Shown one piece after another: positions 24,265 through 36,818 of a DNA stretch of 64,000 bases. The stretch is from Octopus vulgaris (lineage: Eukaryota). The notes below the pieces were generated by a model. It had not been told where the DNA came from and ran no database searches. It saw nothing but the letters and a program-made list of their open reading frames with translations. The stretch is from assembly GCA_951406725.2 (NCBI GenBank), contig OX597839.1:26474001-26538000 (forward strand), given 5' to 3'. Position 1 is the first letter of the stretch; every line of letters begins with the position of its first letter. The translations under genes and the position numbers were made by a program.

Positions 24265-25573
24265 CTGCATGGTTAAGAAGTTTACTTTACAAACCATATG
24301 ATTTTGAGTTCAGTCCCACTGCATAGTACCTTGGGCAAGTGTCTTCTACTATAGCCCCAGGTTGAATAAAGCCTGGTGAATGCATGATAAGACAAAAACT
24401 GAAAGAAGCCCATTAAGTGTGAGTATATTTGTTAGAGCCTCTTTGTATTAATCTTGACATCACATGACAGTTGTAGATAAGCGTCCCTGTCGTACAACTG
24501 GTGGCCTTTGTTTCTAATCTTGCAAGAAAACACAGTAAAATATTGTTCCTTAGAAACAGGTGAAGGTTGGCAACAGGAAAGGAGCCTGGACCTAGAAATT
24601 TGGCCTCCACAAATTGTATCTGACCTATGCAAGCATGGAAAATCATCATCATCCTTTAACATCTGTTTTCATGCTGGCATGGGTTGGTTGGTTTCACCAA
24701 AGATGGTGAGCAGGAGAGTTGCTCCAGGTTACAGATTTGGTTTGGTTTCTAGGGCTGGATATCCTTCCTAATGCCAACCCCTTTACAGAGTTGCTTCGCC
24801 CCATATAGAAACTGTATGAGCAACTCAGAGGTGTTGCAAACTCTTCTGAATTCACTGCAATGCTGGAAAACCCTTCCCTATAATCAGCAGGTATCTTGGG
24901 GTCACAACTGTTTTGCCCCTTAGCATGTATGCTTCAGTGACACCTAAACTGGTCTATGCCTGTGGAAGGGTTCCTCTTGTGGTCTCTTGTCAACCAACAC
25001 TAAGCGTGTTATAGTCTGTTATTAGTAATAATTCGAGTCAACAAAGGTGTCCCTATGCAAGCAGTTCAACCAGCTTGAAAACTTGAAAAACAATAGCAAA
25101 AGGAGACACTGGATAATGTAATCTAGGGTACCTTGTGCAAGAGAAAAGAATGTGGTAAACATGGCTAGAATCAACTCAACCAGGAACGGCAATAACAATA
25201 ACTAGTATTAATGATTTAATCCCAGCTAAATTCATTAAGGACCAAACAAAGACACCATGAATCATCTTGTGTCTAATTTTCTTTAATCTGCATTAAAAGT
25301 TAAAATCCTATATCAGATGACAAAGAAAATATATTCAAACAACTGCTTTCAGGAATTACATTATCCTCATCGTTTACCATCTGCTTTCCATGCTAGCATG
25401 GGTTGGACGATTTGACTGAGGGCTGGCGAACCAGATGGCTGCACCAGGCTCCAATCTGATCTGGCAGAGTTTCTATAGTTGGATGCCCTTCCTAACGCCA
25501 ACCACTCCAAGAGTGTAGTGGGAGCTTTTACGTGCCACCGGTATGAGGGCCAGTCAGGTGGTACTGGCTATGT

Positions 25574-25806
25574 CAGGCGGCGAGCTGGCAGAAACGTTAG
25601 CACGCCGGGCAAAATGCTTAGCGGTATTTCGTCTGTCGTTACGTTGTGAGTTCAAATTCCGCCGAGGTCGACTTTGCCTTTCATCCTTTCGGGGTCGATA
25701 AATTAAGTACCAGTAACGCACTGGGGTCGATGTAATCGACTTAATACCTATGTCTGTCCTTGTTTGTCCCCTCTATGCGTAGCCCCTTGTGGGTAATAAA
25801 GAAATA
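25574..25806 (+). mobile_element. tRNA-headed SINE family B; young copy with 14-bp TSD
   Basis: Head ggcggcgagctggcagaaacgttag...gagttcaaattcc. Central gcctttcatcctttcggggtcgataaattaagtaccag recalls the Meta/MESC domain (from memory). TSD ggtactggctatgt at 25560-25573 and 25807-25820. Other copies at 42441-42628 (21-bp TSD aatatcattcttattaaataa), 31125-31352, 37736-37920, 61145-61360 and 285-495. Confidence 0.88.
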
Positions 25807-25988
25807 GGTACTGGCTATGTTCTTAAAAATAAATTTTAGAGTTTTAAGGCTCTTCAATGGGTAAAAATGTTTGAATGATTCAGTAAAGCAAAACTGATAT
25901 TTAGAACCTATAAATTATTAATTTGATCTTATCAATGGAATTAACATGCAAGTGGCTGAGCACTCCACAGACACGTATACAGTTAATG

Positions 25989-26378
25989 GATGGATGGAAG
26001 CACTCGGTCGGTTACGACAATGAGGGTTCCGGTTGATCCGACCAACGGAACAGCCTGCTCGTGAAATTAACGTGTAAGTGGCTGAGCACTCCACAGACAC
26101 GTGTACCCTTAACGTAGTTCTCGGGGATATTCAGCGTGACACAGAGAGTGACAAGGCCGGCCCTTTGAAATACAGGTACAGCAGAAACAGGAGGAAAGAG
26201 TGAGAGAAAGTTGTGGTGAAAGAGTACAGCAGGGATCACCACCATCCCCTGCCGGAGCCTCGTGGAGCTTTGGGTGTTTTCGCTCAATAAACACTCACAA
26301 TGCCCGGTCTGGGAATCGAAACCGCGATCCTACGACCGCGAGTCCGCTGCCCTAACCACTGGGCCATTGCGCCTCCAC
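25989..26378 (-). mobile_element. tRNA-headed SINE family C, full length with 11-bp TSD
   Basis: Head ggaggcgcaatggcccagtggttagggcagcggactcgcgg...ggtttcgattccc; TSD tacagttaatg at 25978 and 26379. A 5'-truncated copy at 18764-19080 has TSD actatgatag. Confidence 0.88.
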
Positions 26379-29208
26379 TACAGTTAATGTAGTTCTCAAT
26401 GTGACAAGGCTGGCCCCTTTGTAGTACAGGTACTACTCATTTTTGCCATCAGAGTGGACGTGAGACAACTGGCATTCCATTGGTTACAACAATGAGGGTT
26501 CCAGTTGAGCCAATCAATGGAACGGCCTGCTTGTGTAATTAACATGCAAGTGGCTGAGTACTCGACAGACACATGTACCTTTAATGTAGTTCTCATGGAT
26601 ATTCTTCAGCTTGACACCAAGATGTGACAAATCTGGTCCCTTTGAGCTACAGGTACCACTCATTTTTGCCAGCTGAGTGGTCTGGAGCAATGTGGGGAAT
26701 AAAGTGTCTTGCTCGTGGACATAACACACTACCTGGAATCTAACTTATGACCATATGATTGTGAGCTACCAAAGGAACAACTACCACCACCACCACCTAT
26801 TTAATTAACAACAGCAACTGTCAGGTGTATTGCAAATACCATGTGCCGACCACTCAGTACAATACACATCATAACAGTATTGATTGAAAAGTAGTGCAAA
26901 TAGAGTCAAGTGTCTTTACCGAGGAAAGAACAATGTCAACAGCAGGACCACAGGAGTCACTTGAAACAGGTTCAAACATCAATAAGGATTTTGTTTGCTG
27001 ATTAACCCTTTAGTGTTCACATTATTCTGCCAAAGTTAATGCTTTTTTTATCCACACTGTTTTGAACTAATCATGCCTTATCTTGTAGTTATGAGATTTT
27101 GATGAGGTAGCTGTTAATTTTTAAGATGAAATTGTAGGGTTGGTGTGAGAGACCAAATACGACCAGTTTGAACATAAAACAGGCAGAATACTTTTGGCCG
27201 GATAGGGCCAGTTTAAATGCTAAAGGGTTAAAGTCTCAAGGCTACAAAAATAATGCCACGTAAAAAGCACCGACCAATTGTGGCCTCTGCCAGCCTCCCC
27301 TGGCTTAGTGTTGGTTGACAAGAGACCACAAGGGGAACTCTTCCACAGGCATAGACCAGTTTAGGTGTCACTGAAGCATACATGCTAAGGGGCAAAACAG
27401 TTGTGACCCCAAGATACCTGCTGATGATAGGGAAGGGTTTTCCAGCATTGCAGTGAATTCAGAAGAGTTTGCAACACCTCTGAGTTGCTCATACAGTTTC
27501 TATATGGGGCAAAGCAACTCTGTAAAGGGGTTGGCATTAGGGAGGATATCCAGCCCTAGAAACCAAACCTGTAATGCTAAAGGGTTAAAACACAGCTTAG
27601 AAGGGAACCCACATAGATTATGATGAACACATTACCCAAGAAAAATCAGGGGTTTGTCTTTGATCATTGAACAAAGATTCAGATTGCTCTGTCAAATATA
27701 ACATTTATTCATGTTTTGAATTCATCATGCATTATCTCACAGCATCAAATTTTGACGAGGTGATTATTGTTTATGCTTATTTTTGGAATGACATTGCAGG
27801 GTAGATGTGAGAGGCCAGATCCGGCCAGTTTCGGCATAAACCAGAATATTGGGGCTAGATATGGCTGATCTAGATGCTAAAGGGTTATAAACTTCCATAT
27901 GACCTAATCCAGTCTACACGTGATACTGCAGGGTATCAAACCTCTTGATTCATCCTGCAAAGCAGCATCACATTGTTGTTGTTGTTTAACGTCCGCTTTC
28001 CATGCTAGCATGGGTTGACTGAGGTCTGGTGAACCAGACTCCAATCTGATCCGGCAGAGTTTCTACAGCTGGATGCCCTTCCTAACGCCAACCACTCTGT
28101 GAGTGTAGTGGGTTCTTTTACGTGCCACCGACTTGAGGGCCAGTTAGGTGGTACTACAAGGAACTAGAAAGCAAGCAGCTCACCTCCTGCAGCACCAAGA
28201 TGACCCACTCCAGTACACGGCTTCTAATCAAAATTCACAAATTGTCATATGTCTTGATTTTAATTACAGACCGCTCCTAATTACTGAAATACTCCACATT
28301 AACCCTTCAGATTGCTCTGCCAAATGTCATATTTATTTATTCACATTCTGAATTTTAGCATGCGTTATCTCATAGCTTTGAGACTTCAAAGATGCGATTG
28401 TTTCTCGTTAAAATGACATTGCAGGATAGGTGTGAGAGGCAAGATCTGAATAGTTTGAGCACGAAACAGAATATTTGAGCTGGATATGGCTGACTTAACC
28501 CTTTAGCAATCTGATTACTCTGTCAAATGTAATTCTTATTGATTCACATTGTTTTCAATTAATCATGCATTATTTCATGGTGTGATTGATTGTTTGCAGG
28601 ATGGCATTGTAGGATAGGTGTGAGAGGTCATATCAAGGCAGTATAAAGCAGGGAGAATAATATATGCATATTCTTCTACTTGTTTGTCATTTGACTATGG
28701 CCATGCTGGAGCACTGCCTTTAGTTGAACAACTCAACCCCAGGACTTTTCTTTGTAAGCCTAGTACTTATTCTATTGGTCTTTTTTGCTGAACCGCTAAG
28801 TTACGGGGACGTGAACACACCAACAAGGGTTGTCAAGCAATGGAGGGGGACACAGACAGACATGCAAACATACATATAAATATATACAAATACACAACAG
28901 GCTTCTTTCAGTTTCTGTCCACCAAATCCACTCACAAGGCTTTGGTCAGCCTGAGGCTGTAGTAGAAGACACTTGCCCAAGGTACCACGCAGTGGGACTG
29001 AACCCGGAACCATGTGGTTGGTAAGCAAGCTATTTACCACACAGCCATGCTTGCACCTATATATATCATTAACTTTAAACTCTTCATGTTAAGGCATCCA
29101 CAACCAGTTGCAATCTTTCTCAGCAAACCCAGAATTCACCTCCACCATTTTATAACCTAGCTTCCCCCTGGACAATTGATTTAAATGTCAAAATCAACAT
29201 ACCCATAC

Positions 29209-29309
29209 CTTTCTTTTTCCTGATGGTAGTCAGGTATTAATGTTATCCGTCTTTTAACCTGCAGATAGTCAGGGTCGCGTAACTCACGATAATCCTGGTG
29301 GTGACTTCC
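29209..29309 (-). CDS. NCOR1: NCOR1/SMRT-like coding exon (most 5' exon found; 101 nt, phase 0 to 2)
   Basis: Acceptor ctgtttttcag and donor gtatgg. Translates GSHHQDYRELRDPDYLQVKRRITLIPDYHQEKE(R). KRRITLIPDYH resembles vertebrate NCoR RRRPSLLSEFH. The terminal AG joins the first A of the next exon to give Arg in frame. Confidence 0.8.
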
Positions 29310-29546
29310 CTGAAAAACAGATGAAAACAAATGTTGAAAATTACAAATGGATATAGAAGATTTTTTTTTTGAAAACTTAAATTTTAAAAATATAAATTTT
29401 GCTAAACATGTAAGTGATAGCAATTCCACCAACAACATACAGTATACAGCTTGTTTTACCAATGGAATAAATAATATTCTCTTTCATCAAAATCTAGCAA
29501 TCTATTCATTCATGAATAGTTATATCCAACATTCTTTGCTTGTTGG

Positions 29547-29547
<1 letters not shown>

Positions 29548-29593
<46 letters not shown>

Positions 29594-29910
29594 CATTGTG
29601 TACAGTGCTCAGGTGCACTACAACTCATCTAAAGTGCATATATAATCAGGTGTAGTTTCGACGGATTTCGGAAAGCATGAGGGCCTTAAAGGATGCAGTG
29701 TCATGGCAGTCAACAACTGACGCAGGCAGTTTATTCCATGCTTCAGCAACTCTGAGTGTGAAGAAATGTTTCCGAAAGTCATGGGAGCTGTGTTGTTTTC
29801 TGACTTTGTAGGCATGTCCACGTGTGTTAGACACATGGAGATCAAGAAGGTGTTCAGTGTTGTTGTTGGTGAGGTGGTTGACAACTTTGTGGGTGTTTAC
29901 CAAGTAAACA
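29548..29910 (-). mobile_element. 5'-truncated CR1-group LINE 3' end with (ATT)n tail
   Basis: TRGHAYKVRKQHSSHDFRKHFFTLRVAEAWNKLPASVVDCHDTASFK is the characteristic CR1/L2 ORF2 C-terminus. It is followed by a short UTR and a (TAT)n tail. Confidence 0.85.
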
Positions 29911-30200
29911 CATTCAGTAGCATCATCCTACCTGTGATTTTATACACAAGTCGGATGTGGGCTACCACGATGCAAAGGGTCAGGGAAAGATCCATCGGAA
30001 AAACATATTTGAAATGAGATAATTCGAAAATAGAGCAGAGTGAACAATGTGATGACAGAACACCAGAAGCCCAAGTTCCGCTGGGCCGGATATGCTGCAA
30101 GGTTTACAGACAACAACAGGGAGAACCATGCGGTTGGTAAGTGGTATCCATGAGATTGGAAAAGGCCATCGGAAGACCTCCATGGTGATAGGAAGACAAA
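29911..30200 (+). mobile_element. Degraded RTE-clade RT fragment
   Basis: IILPVILYTSRMWATT...KFRWAGYAARFTDNN...KWYP*DWKRP.GRPP, with stops and frameshifts; matches the RTE C-terminal consensus. Confidence 0.7.
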
Positions 30201-32527
30201 CAATCATCATCGCCACCATCATCATCATCACTTAATGTCCATTGTCCATGCTGGTATGGGTTGGACAGTTTGACCAGACCTGGTGAGCTGGGGGTCTGTA
30301 CCAGACTCCAGTCTGATTTATCGTGGTTTCTATGGCTGGCTGCCCTACCTAATGCTAACCACTTTATAGAATGAGCTGGGTGTTTTTCATGTAGCACTGC
30401 ATGGACACTTTTATGTAGCACTGCCACATGTGTTTACACCATAGGAAGGGTCAGCCTAACACTTCTGCTGTGGAGTCATTCTGAGTCAAGATGGAAAACA
30501 ATGATGCAATCAAGACAGAATTGGAAGTGCATTGTGACCAGTGGTATACAACAGCATCTAATGGTTTAGTTGATACTGTGATATCCAACATTATATAGAG
30601 ACTTTAGGAGGCCAAGTGCTGTCACTGAAAAGCTGTTCCTCACCCACCAACTCATCCTATTGATATACAACTAAATTGTATTTAGGGATCTATGGGCCCC
30701 CTGAGCCCTGGTACTGCAGCGTCTCATAGCAATTACCTTTGACATGTAGAAGGTCTTGGACATCTAAGCCCGGCAGAACTCATCCATCTTCGGGTTTAAC
30801 CACTGAGAGAGATACTAAATAAATACATGGTAGTTTGTGGCTGGGGGAAGGACAGATCCAGCACTTACTGAGTATGCACAGAAAACATCAAAATCTGCTT
30901 TTCCTAATTGCACAAACTTCTGTCTGAGTGTGTGTGATCACCATCATCATCATCATTGTTTAACATCCATCTTCCATGCATGCATGGGTAGGACAGTTGA
31001 CAGGAGCCAGCCAGGTAGAAAAACTACCCTAGGCTACTGTGTCTGTTTTATATACACACACACACACACACAATGATGACACATATACACATACCAGCTC
31101 TCTCTCTCTCTCTCTCTGTATATATTTATTTCTTTATTAGCCACAAGGGGCTAAACACAGAGGGGACAAACTAGGACAGACATAGGTATTAAGTCGATTT
31201 CATCGACTCCAGTGCGCAACTGGTACTTAATTTATCGACCCCGAAAGGATGAAAGGCAAAGTCGACCTCGGCGGAATTTGAACTCACAGCGTAATGACAG
31301 ACGAAATACGGCTACGCATTTCGACCGGCGTGCTAACGATTCTGCCAGCTCGTCTCTGTATATATTAATACACTCACATTCACACACCTACACACACATG
31401 CATACGTGCACATACAAGTTGTTTTGTGAACCAAATTGAATTGACATTTCTGCAGTTTGTTCTACAAAATATGCCATCAGCCCACCAAAATTGTTCAACT
31501 CTTCATCTACATAATCCAAGTCTGTTATTTTACATACAAACTCTCTCCATCTCTCTGCTTGCAATGCTTTCTTTCTCAGTTACTGCAAACATTGGTGCAA
31601 GTCATCCGACTTGCATCTTCTCCATAAAACCTGATTTCTATTGGTTATCATTTGCTAGAATTCTTTAGATATTGGATAAAGTAGAAAGCTGGAGAACTCT
31701 CCATTATTATTGCTTATTCAAACTAAGCAAGACCTGTGAATATTTCATGGAATTAATTGGTAAAACTTATCGGGTTATTCCTGAAAAACTCCATCCCAAA
31801 ACCTGAAAGCGTCGCCTGTGTTGTGTCTGCATCAAAAGATAATCGCTCATTGAAAAGGGAAGGAAATTGGAATATGATGATTACCTAATGCACATCATAT
31901 ACTTTATGCACAATTTTATAGACTTAACACAAAGTGCTCTCCTGCTTCTTGTCTCTCTCTCTCTCTCTCTCCTTTTTCTTTCATTCTTCACCTTTCCCTT
32001 TAACTAATCATATGAAAGTGTTACAGATGGAGGAAAAAACTTACACATTACACTCTATTCTGTTAGATGTAATGCTTATTGATTCACACTTGTTTTGAAT
32101 TAATCATGCAATATCTTGTAGCTTTGAGATTTTGATGAGGTACTTAATTTTTAGAACGATATAGGGTTGGTATTAGAGGCCAAATTAGACCAGTTTTAAC
32201 ATAAAACAGGTAGGATATTTTGGCTGGATATGGCTGGTTTAAATGTCAAAGGGTTAATCAACCAAACCCAGTACTCACTTGGAGACTACTATTTTATGAA
32301 AACTGGAAGGATGAAAGGCAAGGTATACAATCACAAGTAATACTTTATATCATCATCATCGTTTTTACTTAATGTCAGTTTTCAATGCTGACAGAATCAG
32401 ACAGTTTGACAGGAGCTGATGAACCAAAGAACTGCACCAAACCCCAGTGTTTGACATGGGTTTCTATAGCTGGATGCCTTCTCTTAAAAACATCCACTTT
32501 GTGGAGTGGACTGGATGCTTTTTACAT

Positions 32528-32575
<48 letters not shown>

Positions 32576-32603
32576 TTTATTTAAAAGCAGCGGAAAATTC
32601 AAC

Positions 32604-32650
32604 AAAACCTGTTACTCAGAGTTTCACGTTCCCGTTCATCGGACAGTTTT
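32604..32650 (-). ncRNA. Minimal type I hammerhead-like motif (CCGAUGA core variant)
   Basis: Minus strand: aaaaCTGT-CCGATGA-ACG-GGAA-CGT-GAAA-CTCTGAG-TA^ACAGgtttt. All three stems pair. It lies in a roughly 165-bp insert within (TA)n. Confidence 0.65.
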
Positions 32651-33977
32651 ATAACAAATAAAGCATATTACTCTACCCCTGGTATTTGAGTACTCTTTTT
32701 TCCACCTTGTTTCACATTTATGTGTTTACTCCGGTATATATATATATATATAGGCACAAGTGGAGCTGTGTGGTAAGAGGTTTGCTTTCCAACTGCATGG
32801 TACCTTGGGCAAGTGTCTCCTACTATAGCTCTGGGCCAACCAAAATGCCGTATGCATGGATTTGGTAGATGGAAACTGAAAGAAGCCTGTGGTGTGTATG
32901 CATGTATATGTTTGTATGCGTGTTACTGTCTCCTTGCCTTGTCATCATGTGATAGTTATAAATGAGTGTCAGTATCATACGAGCAGGGTTCTTCATTTCA
33001 AATCTCACATGCAAACATGCCTGGTCATGGGAAAATATTACCTCACTTGGAAAGAGGTGAGGGTTGGCAACAGGAAGGGCATCCAGGTGCAGAAAATCTG
33101 CCTCAACAAATTCTGTTTGACCCATGTAAGCATGAAAAAGCGAGACGCTTAATCTGTCTGGTTTGAACATAAAACAAGCTATCTGGGTTTGATACAGTCA
33201 GGTTAAATGCTAGAGGGTAAAGGTGGCATTTGGAACCTTTGGAATTTAAAATGAAATTTTAAGCCTTTAGCATTTAGGTTATTCTCTCCAATATCATTGT
33301 TTAACGTCCGTTTTCTATGCTGGCATGGGTTAGATGGTTCGACTGGGGCCTGGGAAGCCCGGGGCTGCACCAGGCCCCAATCTGAAATGGCAGTGTTTCT
33401 ACAGCTGGATGCCCTTCCTACTGCCAACCACTCAGAGAGTGTAGTGGGTGCATTTACGTGCCACCGGCACAGGGGCCAGAGGAGCTGGCATTGACCACGA
33501 TCAGATGGTACTTTTTACGTGCCACTGGCACAGAAGCCAGTCAAGGTGGCACTGGCATCGACCACGTTCGGATGGTGCATTTTATGTGCCACCTGCACAG
33601 AAGCCAGTCAAGGTGGCACTGGCATCAGCCACGTTCGGATGGTGCCTTTTACGTGATACCAGCATGGGGGTCACAACTACAATGATTAATTTACTAAATT
33701 TAACGAAACAGTTTTTAACTAATCCAGCATCTTGGCTTGGTATTGGTTCTTCTCATTGATTCCTGAAAGGATGAAAGGCAAAGTTTGATGTCAGAGAGAT
33801 TTGAACCTGGAGAACATTTAATCAGAACAAATACAGAGAGAGATCTCTGCCAGTGCTCCAAGCAACACTTACCAGGTCACCTCCCTAACATACATAAATG
33901 GACCTTGCATCTTAAAAAAAGTACAACATGCTTTGTAGATAAAGCACCTTCTTACAAATAAGCACGTGCGCATATGC

Positions 33978-34012
<35 letters not shown>

Positions 34013-34419
34013 CACGAAGTGCTTTAATGCATGTGTGTACACAAACAGACCACTTACACGACGTTCCCCTCCCACACACGCACACAGAGACAAAGATCAA
34101 AGGTTTACATTATAGTACCAGAAATACATGCAACTAAGTATATTCACCATTATCGTATATGAAACAGTCTACACAATCAATATGGAGTTCAATTACTGCT
34201 TATCAGAAGAAGGCTATAGCAACAACAACAACAACAACTACTACAGCAGATATCTTGCTCGAGTGTCACTGTGTGTGGGTGTTTGGTGTGCATGGTGTGG
34301 GTGTGTGTGGTGAGTGGTGTTTAACTGGATGGAAAGCTTTTAATAATGATTATAGAGGTCAACTAGAGACAACACGAGTGTGGAGCTGGTTAGATTGTGT
34401 GTCAGCAGAAAATTATAAT

Positions 34420-35000
34420 ACGCACACACATATACACACAAATATACACATACAAACATAAATATATACACACACAAACACGTGTATATAGACGCACTAA
34501 TATACATACACACACACATCATCATCATCATCATCGTCATAAATACACATGTATACACACACAAATATATATATACACAAAAACATATATACATACATAC
34601 AAACATACATATATACACACATATATAGACGCACAAACACATGCGTATATATAGACACACAAACACGTATATAAAGACGCACTAGTACATATATATAAAT
34701 ACACATGTATACACACACAAATATATATATACACAAAAACATACATATATGCACACATACAAACATACATACACACACACAAACACAAATATACACATAC
34801 AAACATACACATATACACACATACATATATATAGACACGCAAACACATATATAGACACGCAAACACATATATACATATATAAATACACATGTATACACAC
34901 ACAAATATATATATATATACACAAAAACATACATATATACACACAAACAAACATACATACATACACACAAACACAATCATACACATACACATATATATAA
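34420..35000. repeat. Compound CA/TA microsatellite with higher-order duplication
   Basis: The block ataaatacacatgtatacacac(ac)aaatatatatatacacaaaaacata recurs near 34540, 34695 and 34880. Confidence 0.85.
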
Positions 35001-35579
35001 GGTGAATGCATGAGGGTGGAGAGAAGGCTAGTTTTACAGATGACTATTATTAGACCATCGGGACTGACCATCTGAAAAACACAAATGGGATGTAACAGTC
35101 CTCGTCTCGTTCCGAAATGTACTAACAACTACTTAGAATTGCTGGCTAGTAAAACCCGAGAAGCGAAGAAAGTGGTCCAGACATCTAATTTGTGTGATTA
35201 GATAATCATCTTGCGGTCAAGATCCGGAGGCATTGTATATGGGGAGAAAGGAGGAGGAAGGGGAGAGAGAGGAAGGAGGGGGAGGAAGAGGAGGAGGTGG
35301 AGAGGGAAAGACTTTTTATGCAAGTCAAGTTGAATATAGGACATCAATTGATCTGATAACGTTTTTGTTTGCTTTTGTTCTTGCTACGTCTTCCCAACCC
35401 CCTCTCCGTTTTGGGAAATATATATAGATTGCCTTTGTTTTATTAGGATAGTAAAAATTCCAAATGTATGTATAACCGCAGGTGTGGCTGCATGATAAGA
35501 AGTTTACTTCTTAACCACGTGGTTACGGGTTCAGTACCACGGCATGGTATGCACCTTAGGTTAGCGTCTTCTGCTAGAG

Positions 35580-36116
35580 CAGCGCTTCTTAAAACGTTTT
35601 TCATTCATGACCCCATTTTTCATCACGAGTTTTACCATCATAATCATCATCATCGTTTAACGTCCGTTCTCCATGCTAGCATGGGTTGGACGGTTCGACC
35701 AGGGATCTGGGAAGCCAGAAGGCTGCACCAGGCTCCAGTCTTATCTGGCAGAGTTTCTACAGCTGGATGCCCTTCCTAACGCCAACCACTCCGTGAGTGT
35801 AGTGGGTGCTTTTTACGTGCCACCTGCACAGGTGCCAGGCGAGGCTGGCAACGGCCACGGTCGGATTGGTGTATTTTACGTGCCACCGGCACGGAAGCCA
35901 GTTGAGGCGGTGCTGGCATCGGCCACGAGTCGGATAGCGCTTTTTACGTACCACCAGACCAGGGATCCTGGCTGGTTCAATTCGATTTCGATTTCGCTTG
36001 CCCCAACCCAGGTATTAAATATGTGTTTGTGAAATAACATAAACTGAAATTCTAGTGTTTGAATTTAATTTTCATGGCCCCATTTGGAGTCGCACCCCAT
36101 AGTTTAAAAAGCGCTG
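35580..36116. mobile_element. hAT (Charlie-like) MITE with a nested SINE
   Basis: TIRs cagcgcttcttaaa / tttaaaaagcgctg; 8-bp TSD tgctagag / tgctaggg. It splits a SINE (35477-36180) and contains another SINE (about 35645-35995). Confidence 0.75.
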
Positions 36117-36180
36117 TGCTAGGGCCTTGGGCCAACCAAAGCCTTGTGAGTGGTTCTGGTAAACAGAAACTGAAAGCCCA

Positions 36181-36220
<40 letters not shown>

Positions 36221-36221
<1 letters not shown>

Positions 36222-36386
36222 GAAAATATAATTATAGTTAAGGGCTACTGGAAATGACCATCGCCAATGCTTGAAGTAGATGTCAAATACCTACAATCCA
36301 CTCTAAAATTTCTCTATATTCAACCATCTATTTCTAGCATTGGTGATGGTTATTTCCAGTAGCCCTTAACTATAATTATATTTTTA
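36221..36386. repeat. Foldback element in (TA)n (arms about 60 bp)
   Basis: aaaatataattatagttaagggctactggaaatgaccatcgccaatgct pairs with agcattggtgatggttatttccagtagcccttaactataattatatttt. Confidence 0.75.
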
Positions 36387-36777
36387 TAATTATATACATA
36401 AAAAAATTAATGTCATTTTTATGTGCTAGGCCACTGATATAATCATTTTTATGATTATAACCTATCTTATAAGTATATAAATAATTTAGAAGTGTATATA
36501 TATATATATATATATATCTCAACATCATCATCAATTAGCGTCCGCTTTCCATGCTAGCATGGGCTGGACGGTTCAACTGGGGTCTGTGAAGCCGGAAGGC
36601 CGCATCAGGCCCAGTCTGATCTGGCAGTGTTTCTACGGCTGGATGCCCTTCCTAATGCCAACCACTCCGTGAGTGTAGTGGGTGCTTTTTACGTGCCACC
36701 CGCACAGGTGCCAGACGGAGCTGCCAAACGGCCACAAACAGATGGTACTTTTACGTGCCACCGGCACGGGGGCCAGG

Positions 36778-36818
<41 letters not shown>

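Larger units (their letters stand above)
24729..27574. repeat. Inverted duplication of about 270 bp (24729-25005 and 27303-27574)
   Basis: Direct reading shows reverse-complement identity with about 5 substitutions and one small indel. Confidence 0.9.

Noticed and set aside
34340-35128. Cys/Val/Tyr-rich ORFs
   Set aside because: Dinucleotide microsatellite translations.
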